Shown in pieces: positions 30,761-43,106 of a stretch of 64,000 nucleotides of DNA. The DNA is from the human T2T-CHM13v2.0 reference genome, Homo sapiens, in NCBI RefSeq assembly GCF_009914755.1, contig NC_060933.1. The stretch is one strand, 5' to 3'. Every line of letters starts with the position of its first letter. Positions within the stretch are counted from its first letter, which is position 1. The notes below the pieces were generated by a model. It made no database searches, was not told the DNA's origin, and was given only the letters and a program-made list of their open reading frames with translations. The position numbers were made by a program, and so were the translations under genes.

Positions 30761-33335
30761 CTTGATAATGCTGTCCATTCAATATGAGACATCAGGGAGT
30801 TTGCTCTACATAGTCACTCAAGCTGATGGGGATGTCACTCTCTTATTCTGCCGCCTCTATTTTTGGCTTTTGGAAGGTGGAGGGGGAGAGAAAAAAGATC
30901 TGAAAACTAGCATGGGGTATTTTAGTTCATCAAGTCTAGAAATGACAGATGTCACATCCACTCACAGCCCACTGGACATAACTAGTTGCACAAACCTGTC
31001 TAACAGAGTTGTAGCTTTCCAAGAGTCCAGGAAGAAGGGGTAAACAAAACATTGATGACCTGTAATAATCTCTACTTCAACTGCAGAGCAAGGCAGACAC
31101 ATACTTAAACCTTGGATGGATATCTATAATGTATTATCAAGTTAAAAATCAAATACATGGTACATAACCTTATTTTGTTGAAAAGAAACAGCTTCACATG
31201 TTTCTGGATAATACATTCAGATATTAAGTTCTGCTTTTTTTTATTTCTCCTTGTTTTAGCTCATTTCCTTCTTCTTATTCAAGCAGATCGAGGCTGTGTG
31301 CTTCTCATCTTAGGGAAGAATATAGCAAGATGGCAGCAGAAAAAAATCAGACTCCAAAATCTAAGTCTTCAGTCCAGGGATATATCCTGAGCTTCAAGTT
31401 TCACATAGCCACCTTCCTACCACAAAATTCTCATTTGAAGGCTCTACTCATTATCTTTTCTCTGTAAAATTGCTCTTATGTTCCTTATCTCAACGTATCA
31501 CATGTCCATCCATCCAGTATTCGAGGTCATAACTTAAGAAAACATCTTTATCCAAACAATCACCGTGTCCCAAACACCCCTGAATCCATTCATCTCTGCA
31601 CCTCCATTGCCACCTTCATCTTTCGTCTCAGTTAATGTGACGGCCTCTGATCCTATCTTTTGCCTTCAGTCTTTCTTCTCCAATTTATTCTGAAGTGTAA
31701 ACCAGATTGTGTGGTTTTTTTTTAAACTTAAATCCTTTAGCTTATTTCCCACAATTCTCAAGGATAAAATCACTTCCAAAATCACTCAAGTCATCACGCC
31801 AGCCTGCCTTTCAAGCCTCATCCTCACAGTCTATACCTGCCCTTCTTTCCCAAATGGCATGCTTTCTCTCACTAAGCATTTACACATCTTGTCTGAAATT
31901 CCTATCTGCATATGCTAAATGCGTGCCAATTTTTCTAATGGGTTGTTTTGACGTGAACTGATTACCAGAGTGAGTGCAAGTTCAAGAGCTTGACAGGGGC
32001 ACACCTCTGTGCAACTCAGGCTCAAGGTGAGTGGCTTTGACAGGACAGTTCTCATTCTAAGACAGAGCATTCTAAATTATCCTTTCAAAGATAGTTCCTC
32101 TCCCTATCTTCCACCATCCATTTTATTTTCCTTTAATTTCTATGTCATGCCATTGTTTCCTTCATAACTCTTAATACAATTTGTACTTTTATTTTGAACT
32201 TATTTTCTTCTCCTTCGCTGCAACTAAGTTCTATTAAAGATCTTGCTTATCACATTCACAGCAACATCATAAGAGCCTGATACACAGAAGACTCTGAAAA
32301 AATATTTGTAGATGAATAAGTCAAAGAATGAGTGGTAGATAGCGATAACATCAACTATCACATCTAATTATGGTCATAAAATTTTCACTTAAGAACTGTT
32401 GAGTGACACCATATTTCTAGTTTTGTTATAGTCATTGGTATAATAAAAAAGTAATGGAAAGCACAAGATTATCTTACTCTCAAATATTACTAACTTGTTT
32501 TCTAGCTTGGAATATAGGCATGCCTGCAATAATATGAACACCGCACAGCACAGTTCATGCACCTGTTAATGACATCATGTTTTCTTCTCTTACTTTTACT
32601 GTGCTAAGTTCTTTGAGGGATTAAAAAATATATAAAACATCATGCCTCTTCTCAAGGAACTCATAATTTGTTTGGGGAGACAAAATAGATAAATATATAT
32701 AAGGAATTATCAATTGCAATATAAAGAATATGTAATTAGCCATCAAATAATGCTATAAACAACAAATATTAGACCCCCAGTTTTTTCTTTGAGACTGTTT
32801 CCTCATGTGTAAGAGTTACCACAAAGATCAAAATACAAATTATATGAATGTTTTATGTGAGCTATAAATCCCATAAATCCCATTACCCACGCAACACAGT
32901 AGTGCTATTAAAATTTTTCCTAAAGCATAGCAAAATAAGTTGACTACTCAGAAAACACAGACACATTGGTAGAACACATCATCGAAGGATTTAAGCTTTT
33001 TTTTTTCTTTTACATTATTCTGACTTAATTTTAACTGTAATATTCTTAAATGTGAAGGAAACCCTTTATCAGGATTGTGGAATTAAAGAGCATTTCTTCA
33101 TTAAGCATGCCTTTACTTGTAGTTCACGCATTTCATTTACATAAACAAGTGTTAAGTACTACTCAGCACTATATGTTCTTCATAATAGAAAATACAAAGA
33201 TTCCTTTCATGAAAGATCCGAGTTAAAAGATGCAAATTATAAACAATGTCACACATGAAACAAAATGAAGTCTGGCTTTCCTGATGCCAAAGAGACGTTG
33301 AGAGTTCCACAAAACAAACAGAAATGTAAAATCGC

Positions 33336-33849
<514 letters not shown>

Positions 33850-33924
33850 TCAGCACCACATCCATTGTTACAGAGAAGTCTTATGAGTTTTAGCATGAGA
33901 AAAGTATCAAATGTAATTGAAGAA

Positions 33925-35060
33925 ATGAGGACTAGATTAGTGAATGCTAGGAGTCAGAATGGGGGTAAGGGAGTTGGATGAAGCTATAAATTGCAACATG
34001 AGGAATCTTTGTGGTGATGGAACTGTTCTATGCCTTGATTATATCAATGTCAACTTCCTGGTTGTAATGTTATGCTATGGTTTTGTGAGATACTGGCCAC
34101 TGGGAGAAACCAGGTAAAAGATATACGGAATCAGTCCATATTATTTCTTAGAACTGCATGTGAATCTGCAATTATCTCAAAAGAAAAGATTTAACTGGAA
34201 AGCGACAGTAACAGTATAAGTAATTAAACAAAACAGGAACCCATGAGTTCATAGGGGTATAAATGAGTGAATAAATGAGAGAAAAAGTTTCTCACAGAAG
34301 ATTGCTAATACATTTTGAAAAGAGAATTAGAAATTCATCATTAGGCAACTATCAATCAGAATAATGATTAATTCACCCAAGAAATATCAATGGATGCTAA
34401 AACTAGACATTAAAATTTGATGTGGAACAGGATACTCACATAGTCCCAATTACCTCTCTACAGGGTGCTTATTACAAAGGATAAAAAAATGATTGAGGGT
34501 ATGTGTGCAACAGGTATCTGTTTTCTTCATAGTGGCAAACCTAGTAGACATCACCTTAACTACATAATCAAAGTACATAATAGGACAAATCAACATGATG
34601 TACTGCTTGATGGGATGTAGTCGGAAGAAACACAGCAGAATTTCTCTCTTGTTTTGTCAAAGATAAATGATATATATACCATTGAAAATGTCAGACAAGC
34701 CAAGTTGAGAGACATTCTAAAAAATGACCTGTGATCTTTAAGTGACAAAGTCATGAAGGTCAAGAAAAAACTAAGAGACTGTTGAAGATTTAAGAAGACT
34801 CAAAGAGAGATAATACAGCCAGCCAGCCTGGATTAGGTTATTTTGCTATAATGGACTTTATTGGACAAATTGATGAAGGTTGAACGGGATCTGTGAATTA
34901 AATGATAGTTCCTGCATCAATGTTAATTTGACTTTAATAATTGCATTGAGGTTATGAAAGAGAATGTCCTTATCTGTGGAATTACATAAAAAAGTATTCA
35001 GGGCTGATGGGGCATCATGTTGGCAATTTATTCACAAAATCTGTAAATTTGGTTAGCTTT
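33925..35060 (+). mobile_element. L1MC/L1MD/L1ME 3' fragments
   Basis: gtggtgatggaactgttcta...actgcatgtgaatctgcaattatctcaaaa and a further L1M 3'UTR-like segment. Boundaries approximate. Confidence 0.65.
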
Positions 35061-35261
35061 TCCATAAGTTCCAAAATGCAAGTTATCTTTAACATAAAAA
35101 ATTGGGTTGAGAATTCTCTCTGCAGGCTAGAGCTAGATTAAGGAATCTTGTGCCCAATTTCTCCTTCTTCCTCTTCTAATGAACATCCATAATCAAATGA
35201 GGATAGCATGATTGAAAATGGAAACTTTTTTTTTTTTTTTTGAAAATGGAATCTTCTAAAT

Positions 35262-35583
35262 CAAGGATTGGAAAACTTTTTCAATAAAGGGCCAGAGAGT
35301 GAATATCTTAGACTCTGAGGGCCATTATAGACTCTGTTGCAACTACTCCACTCTGCGCTAGTATTTAATGATACAAAAGCAGTCATAGGGAATTAATAAA
35401 CTAATAAGGATGGCTGTATTCCAATAAAACTTTATTTATGGACATTGACATTTGCATTTCTTATAATTTTCATGTGTCACAAAATATTTTCCCAACCATT
35501 TAAAAATGTAAAACCTGTTCTCAGCTCATAGGTCATACAAAAATAAGTGGATTCGACTGATGTGCCTTAGTTTGCAAATTCAG
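35262..35583. mobile_element. MER58B (hAT-Charlie)
   Basis: aaaactttttcaataaagggccaga...ctctgttgcaactactc...ggctgtattccaataaaactttatttatggaca...tagtttgc. Confidence 0.8.
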
Positions 35584-35634
35584 CATATTTTCAAATGGTC
35601 ATTACATGTCACATCATTAAAGTTCATATTCAGA

Positions 35635-35733
35635 GTTATAAAGCTCATATTCATAGACTATTTGCTAATAATTTATGATTTAAGTTTATAATTTAATATT
35701 TTGTTAATAGTCTATGAATATGAGCTTTATAAC
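35635..35733. repeat. Perfect 28-bp inverted repeat with a 43-bp AT-rich spacer
   Basis: gttataaagctcatattcatagactatt (35635-35662) is the exact reverse complement of aatagtctatgaatatgagctttataac (35706-35733). Confidence 0.95.
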
Positions 35734-36854
35734 ATTAAGGGAAGAATTAGAGAATTTGCTGTGTAGACTACACAAGATGCAGGTGAATGCTAGAACATGA
35801 ACAGCCCTTGCTTAGGAAGATTAACAATACATCCTGGCTCCTAGTTACGTACATCTCTTCTATCATGCAGTGTCCAACCTCATTCACAAACCACCATTCT
35901 AAACCCACAAATAATCCCTAATTCTTATGGGGTTTGGAATCAGGTGAAGCTCAGTTGATATGAAACAATTAGCACTTTGTTTCAAAAGCTCTTTTCATTA
36001 AAATGTTCTGTTTACTTTGTTATAGTGAAGGGATGTGATAAAAGAGGTGTTTCTACAGTTTTTACCTAGCATGAGTGCACACTCTGGGTTTTAAGGGAAG
36101 GAGCTAGAAGCAGTATATAATATTTCAGAAGCTGAGAGAATTCTGGAATAAACTGGAAGATGAACAGTGGAACCTAAAACAATAGCTAACTGGGAAGGAG
36201 AAAAGGAAGGCTGATAAGATTCATTAATTATACGTTAGTTGCGGTTTTAGGTCTTGAAAATTATGGTTTCACTAATTTAAAAAGAGGAATATATGTGAGG
36301 GGTGGCTAATTTGTAAAGACCAGTTCAAAGATATTTGATTTCTAACAATCTTATATCCACCTAAAATTAAAGGTTCAGAATTCTCTTCCAAATCCTCATT
36401 GAGACATTCACTTGAATAAATATTTTATCTTTTTCCAACACCTTAGTGATATACTGAAAATGTTATAATGGTTATATCATTGGAAGATATATATATAACT
36501 TTTATCTTGTTGGTTATTAAACCTATAAGTAGAAATACCACTGTGACTTTATAAACTAGTGAGAGTGTTTCATAAAGTTGTCAAAATTTTTTGTAAAATC
36601 AGTCTTTCAAAAAGAAACCCACTCTAACGGTTATCCTGTTGAGCTAAAGTACCATCTTAATAAATTGTCTCCTCTCAAGGAACATAAACTACCACCTCCC
36701 AGACATTGGCAAGATTTATTACTCAGATTGAAAAAAAGCAGTTGTGGGCTGGGGGAGCACACGGTTGCTCCGCCTCAGGGTTAAGCAGCCCTTGTTACAG
36801 AGAAATAAAGGAGGTCATAGTGGGAAAAACACCCACGCAATGCAAGCTGGAAGA

Positions 36855-36923
36855 CTCTCGAACAAGAGAAATAGCACTGACCAGAACCACACATTACCAA
36901 ACGCTGATTGAAAATGATTTATT
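36855..36923 (-). terminator. LPAR1: Likely main LPAR1 polyadenylation signal and downstream element
   Basis: AATAAA (plus-strand tttatt at 36918-36923), followed about 20 nt later on the minus strand by tttggtaatgtgtggttctggtcagtgctatttctcttgtt (GU/U-rich DSE). Confidence 0.8.
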
Positions 36924-39062
36924 AAAGTCCAATTAGTATGCTTTTCATTTCAAATAATCCATATAGCCTCCAGAAAAATATGCACATGTGTAAAAGTCCA
37001 CGTTCATTTCTTTCACTTCCAATATAAAGTATTCTGTATTTTGTATAAAGTATGTGCAAACACCTTTCTGCTAATCGGGTCCCCACATTCTTTTCACTAC
37101 AGGTACTTTACAAGTCTGCCCTCTGCTCAAACACTAACCGTGCACTGACATCCTCCTTCCTAGACAGCCATTCATCTCCCGGACTTCTTTCTCTCAGACA
37201 TCCTCCTGACCTCCCCTGACCTGCTTCACCACTGTGTTACCTCACTGGTTACTTGTTACAGCAAACTGATGCAACTACTAGTCTACCTGGACAACATATT
37301 AAACAGGTATCACCTAATAGGGTGGCAGCCTATCGGGGTGATTCCTGGCGAATACACAGTAACCAACCACATACTGACACACTCAACCCATTTGCTACAG
37401 ATGGACCCACACTAATTGATATGACAATCCTTTATTCACTCGGCACATTTGGTTTCTTTGCATTTTCTTCCATTTTACATTGCAGGTGTGGCTACCAAGA
37501 GCTGGATAACGAGTCCCTCAAACAAAGTTTGGAATTGCGAGATATATTGGGGTACCTTGATTCTTGAGACAGTTGAATTCTTCTAGTTGATCTTGTTGTA
37601 TTAAAAAGTCACTCTCAACTGAAGTGACCACTGCATTTCTTTTGTAAAAAGGTCATTTGACTGGCTTTTCCTCACAACTGCCACCCATGCAGTACAAAAG
37701 CAGGAAATCCCTTTGCATGAAAGGTGTAAGTACAAGATGATATTTCACATTTTTTTAAAAAAAGAATCCTTCATGGGAATATATCCTAATAATCAATTAT
37801 ATGGAGACAGTTTTATGTACACCAAATTTCTGCAACTTTATAATAATGAAAATTAGAAACAACCTAAATAGTTAACAACATGGGAATGGTTAAATAAACT
37901 GAGTTGCATCCATTAAATGGAATATAATATAGCCATTAAAATTATGTTTTTGTAAAATTTTTAATGCCATAAGAAAATGTGGCAATTTTGCAATGAAAAA
38001 GATCTACTTATAAAACTGTTTACAGTATGACTCCAATTATGTAAAAAAAGTATACAATACACATATAGGCATACATGGGGGTTGCTTTTTAAAGGTGGTT
38101 ACTTCTGGGTTGTGATATTATCAGTAATCATTTTTGCTTTTTTATACATTTCTGTATTTTTCAAGTTTTCTATGATGAGTATATTATTTTACAAAGACTA
38201 CGAAAATTTTCCTCTGATATACTGGTAATTAGAATGTACTTGGGTATTTTAAATATATGGGAACAATATTATAGTGCTTCATCTTCTATGACTTTTTTGG
38301 AATACATATCACTTTGGTAATAAACTTACATTCCCTGTTTTATACTTGTTACAACATTTTAATTAAACAGTTAATATTGTGATTAGAGCATTGTTTGCTT
38401 CATGACCTAAACAAATACTGGCTTTGAAGTCTAGGTTCTATTTCCTAGAAGATTTAACATTAGTATCCTTTTAATCTTTTTAAGTAAGGCATACTGCATA
38501 CATACATTACATGCATGCTTTCTAAACAAAAGATAATTCCAACTTACAGTTTTCCTATGTAAGGGAAAAAATGGAATTATGGTAGTTTAAAAGCAGTCCA
38601 TAGTCTCATCCATCACAAACATGCTGATAGGCATAAACGTGTTTATTAAGTGAAACGTATCCTTTAAAAATAAAAAAGGGAAGCCTGTATATAAATGAAG
38701 TTGTGGATTCAACTAGCCAGAATTTATTCTGACTTGCACCAAACCACACAAAATCTTTTAAAAGTCTAGTTAGTGTAGTCTAAATGGACACTCCAGAGTC
38801 TGTTCTTGAATTCCATTGCAAGAGCTCCAACTTCCTACTTTCAGAAGGGATGGGGATCAAGATGAGGGTTGTCACATAAGCTAATTTTCAATATATATCA
38901 AGTCTTGTGGGGTCCAGGAACAAATACTGTCATTGGTTAGTGTTTAAGTACATGAGTTGACTTTTCTCCTCTCTCACACCCCACCTTGCCCTGGCAATTG
39001 GGTAGGGGGAGGCTGTTTATCCTCCAAGAGAGGACGGCTGGTTCCTCATCTCAGTTTCCGTT
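36895..39062 (-). other. LPAR1: LPAR1 3' UTR (~2.17 kb to the main poly(A) site)
   Basis: Runs from the stop codon to the AATAAA at 36918-36923, which has a GU-rich downstream element. The end coordinate is approximate. Confidence 0.8.
37770..38195 (+). mobile_element. L1ME-type 3' end fragment inside the LPAR1 3'UTR (antisense to the mRNA)
   Basis: aaattagaaacaacctaaat...atggttaaataaact...atggaatataatatagccattaaaa...gtggttacttctggg...ttttcaagttttcta. Confidence 0.7.
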
Positions 39063-39364
39063 CTAAACCACAGAGTGGTCATTGCTGTGAACTCCAGCCA
39101 AGATGGTGTGGTTGAGGGAGGAAGCCGAGCGGTCTGAGCCTTCTGTGGGGCCGGTGGGGTTCTCACTGCGCTGGCAGCAGAGGATCTGCCTAAAGGTGGC
39201 GCTCATTTCTTTGTCGCGGTAGGAGTAAATGATGGGGTTCATGGCAGAGTTGAATTCAGCAAGGAGAAGGAAGAATTTCTCATAGGCCAGCACGTCGCAC
39301 TGTGGACAGCACACGTCTAGAAGTAACAAAACCAATCCAGGAGTCCAGCAGATGATAAAGGCCC
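39063..39364 (-). CDS. LPAR1: LPAR1 last coding exon (end of TM6, TM7, C-terminal tail of LPA1 receptor)
   Basis: Translates (G)AFIICWTPGLVLLLLDVCCPQCDVLAYEKFFLLLAEFNSAMNPIIYSYRDKEMSATFRQILCCQRSENPTGPTEGSDRSASSLNHTILAGVHSNDHSVV*, matching the LPA1 C-terminus. Shows the CWxP (TM6), NPxxY (NPIIY) and terminal PDZ-binding SVV motifs. TAG stop at 39063-39065. The exon starts with GG completing a split Gly codon (phase-1 intron). Confidence 0.98.
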
Positions 39365-39395
39365 CTACAAGGACAAGGATAGGGATCAGAAGGAT
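39365..39395 (-). promoter_or_regulatory. LPAR1: 3' splice acceptor of the LPAR1 last exon (branch point, polypyrimidine tract, AG)
   Basis: Minus strand reads ccttCTGATccctatccttgtccttgtAG|GGGCCTTT. AG at 39366-39365; yUnAy-type branch point with the A at 39386 (-22). Confidence 0.9.
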
Positions 39396-39764
39396 TTTTA
39401 AAAAGAGAATGAAAAAATATTATAAAACATGCGACCATAAAGTGAAATGATTTCAGTTCAATATAAAAATACTGAAGTTGGAAGCCACCATTGTCGCAAA
39501 TGAAATACTCATTTCCTGAGAAAATCAGAAAAAATTTAACGATAGTCAACTTAAAATTTTATTTTGGACGTTACTAAAATCAAGCAATTATGAGACAGTG
39601 ATGATTATTATTTTGAGCAAAACACAAAGAGTTTGATAAGCAATTGAGATATGAAAAACTGCATTCAGGAAACACTTCACCTCACATAACAACATGGTTT
39701 TTAATAGCAGTGTTATTTTCAGGCAAAAGATAAGCACGAATGATAAGTGTCCTTTAATGTTTAA

Positions 39765-39935
39765 TTAAGGCATAGTTTCTGGATTCAGGTTGTCTGGGCC
39801 CAAATCTTTGTTTGACATGTAATAAACTGGGTGAACTTAGGCAAACTACTTTCTTTCCTTAATTTTCCCATCTGAAAATGCAGATGATTATATTTACACC
39901 TCATAAGGTTTGTTGTATGGATTAAACAAGTGTTA
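39765..39935 (+). mobile_element. MIR
   Basis: MIR core: ctgggtgaacttaggcaaactact...ttttcccatctgaaaatgcagatga...cctcataaggtttgttgtatggattaaa. Confidence 0.7.
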
Positions 39936-40049
39936 AGGAAATAATCACTCAATCTGTATCTACAATAACAATAATAATTATTACCTGCTGAGTAGCATGG
40001 GCCTGTTTGGAAATTGTGATTTTCAATGACAAGATCTATGTTTTATTTT

Positions 40050-40230
40050 TATTCAACAACTACCCACATAGTGCTGTCCTATATGCTTTACCAGTAATAA
40101 CTTATTGAATTTTCACAGTAGCCATATGACATAGAAACTAATATCCCCATTGTACAGATGAAGGAACTGAGACCCAGAAAGTTTATATAACTGGCTCAAG
40201 GCCACAGTACTGGAAAGCAGAAAAATCCCA
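40050..40230 (-). mobile_element. MIR
   Basis: Antisense MIR core: tatccccattgtacagatgaaggaactgagacccagaaagttta..actggctcaaggccaca. Confidence 0.75.
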
Positions 40231-40635
40231 GAGTTTCTGTTCTTAGAGGCTGCCTCCAGAGTTCAAGCTCTAGAAAATATTACATTTCTATGTCTTGAAA
40301 ATGATAACATTAAATATTTTAAACCAAATTTACTATTTCAGATGTTCTACTAATTTAGATCAACTTTGTTCTCTTTCTTCCCCCAATTATTCTGAATCAT
40401 TACAATTTTACTATAACTGTAAGAGGAATGAAAATATAGATGAGATGCTTAATTCTATTTCATTTAGTTTCTGAAATCACTCATCATTTGGATCCCAGGA
40501 AAATGGAGGTTGTAAAATAGCATTAAATCCTACCACTGTGTTACTCCAGACTCTGCTGGGGATCTTCTACTGAAAGAACATGAGCCAACAGCGGTGGGCA
40601 CCACTGTGTCCCATTACACCTCACCTAATGGGCCC

Positions 40636-40677
40636 CATATGTGTAATCAGGCAGGCTACATATGTGTAATCAGGCAG
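40636..40677. repeat. Direct repeat, 19 bp exact x2 (period 23)
   Basis: catatgtgtaatcaggcag-gcta-catatgtgtaatcaggcag. Confidence 0.9.
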
Positions 40678-42776
40678 AGCGGAAGTAGGAGCAATCCCAG
40701 AAGGGCATTTGCATCTTCAGATTTAAATGGCGCTGGCTTTGGTGGATGCAGGCTTGGACTGGGGTCATGGATTTGGTCCAGCCTCAAGGAATTAGTTTCA
40801 CAAAATGTAAACAAATGAGATTTAGTCTCCAAACAGCCCACTTTTGAATCTGAGCTTTCTTTTGTGAAACTTTTCAGCAGGGAAATGAAAATAAAGGAGA
40901 AAAGTACCCCCATAAAGCTCTTTGTTCTACAACACAAATGTGTATTGGTTTTAAACTGCTGTTCACTTTGAAGATTGGCCAAGGTACTTCATTTTCTAAT
41001 AAATACAACACCTTAGACTTTCCTTGGAGAGAAAAAAATATTTCAAATATCAGGAGATAATAGCCAAGGAGCAATTTGAACTTCAATAAAAATGTTAATA
41101 AAGCATTCATTCCAAGTCCTTGAATTTCCTTGCTTGAAAATCACTCAGAAAGCTAAACATAAAGGAAAATCAAAGGAATGCCTCTTGGGTTTCAGAAATA
41201 ATGCATTATTCATTGAGAAGCCAGGAAGGGAATTATTCTCAGGATGGAAAATGCTTGGATGGAAAATGCATGGTCCCATTATGCCATTTACTTGGAAACT
41301 AAAAACACACAGTCCCTTCATGAATGGAACAGCATTCTTTCAAGTTTCCTTTCCCCTTCCTTTTATCAAAGCTCTAATTGAGTTCAAATTCAGAACTTGA
41401 TTAGACACAAGGAACATGCATCTCAATAGCTAGATTTTAAATAAAATGATCTTTTTCTCCTTCTGGGCAACAGAAGGGAATATCTTTATTCTCACATACT
41501 TAAGCTGCTTGACTTTGCTCAAAAGTGAGAGAATTCAAACACTGTCATTTGTTGTTTATAATTTCTTCCCATGTTAAAATTTAAAAGGTGTAAGATCTTT
41601 CCAGAAAGAGCCCATAAGCCTTACTTTTAGACCAAGAAATGCAAGGAACCCTGCTAGACTGAAGGCAGGAAGTGGGAAACACCACAGCCTGACACAGGAG
41701 CTTCTATGTATGGATGCTTCATTGAGGAACCTGGATTCCTCTCCTTTATCTTCTTCACTGAAAGGAACTGGTTTTTGTACTAGGATTAAGCCCAACCACA
41801 CAGTCCCAACACTCTGTGTTTGGATCTTCGAGACTCAATCCAATAATTTCAGTGACTCACAGTACAGGCCTCCGAAATCAACATCTAAAACCAATCATAT
41901 GGAAATTCTGCGCCCCCCTCCCCCTCCTTTCTATTTCACAGAGGCCTCAAGGATCAAACTGACCAAAAGATGAGGATGCACTACAGAAGACGAAAATGGG
42001 GGCTGGAAAATTGTAAGGGATGAGGTTCCTAACCCACAATGAATGGATATTCTGAAATAAATTTTGCTCAAATTAAGGATTTCCCCTTGAGCTTCTGAAA
42101 ACAATAATAAACCACACCTAAACCCCTTTAATAGTAAGGAGCTAACCATAATTCAATCAGGTTACAGGACTTGAGATGTGCATTGTGGACCCCATCAACA
42201 TGTAATCTACAGAGAGTTCAGCGTACACCTGAAAGGTTGATAAGAGTTAAAACACCTCCATCTCAGCACCTCTGAAGTGGAGAAATAATAGCTCCCTGCC
42301 TCCTCCACATGGCACAGTGAGGATCAAACTGAGATACAACTTGTAAAAGCCCTCTATAAACTGTGCATCTACCTGACCACCATGACTTACGTGAGTGGCA
42401 CGCTGGCGTTGCAGAGCCCTAGGATAGATTCTCCAAGGGCAGAATGTGAAAATGTGTTTTGGACAAGAAAGAGCTGGCATGTCAAAAGGCTCTGAGACAA
42501 TACTATCCTGATTATAAAGAGATTCCTAGGACTTGCAGTTGGGTATGAAGAAGATAACAAGAGGGAATAGAGAGACAACATAGGGAAGCAAATCATTTTG
42601 GAGGTTCTCATGGGTCAATGCCATCACCTACCAAGATGGGGAATGAAATATAGTACTCAGTAGTCATAGTGCTTTGAGTAGTTTGTATATTTCCAGCACA
42701 TTTCTGATAGAAGAATCCCACAAACCCAGGCACAACACCGATGAATGGTATGCAACAGTATGAAAGTAAGAGGAAG

Positions 42777-43106
<330 letters not shown>

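Noticed and set aside
39063-39335. ORF-track call of a standalone 90-aa protein
   Set aside because: The start is an internal TTG (Leu) codon. The real frame extends to the splice acceptor at 39364 and is the last LPAR1 exon.
39280-39549. 89-aa ORF overlapping the exon start in another frame
   Set aside because: It crosses the intron-exon boundary, has no recognisable motif, and is of chance length.
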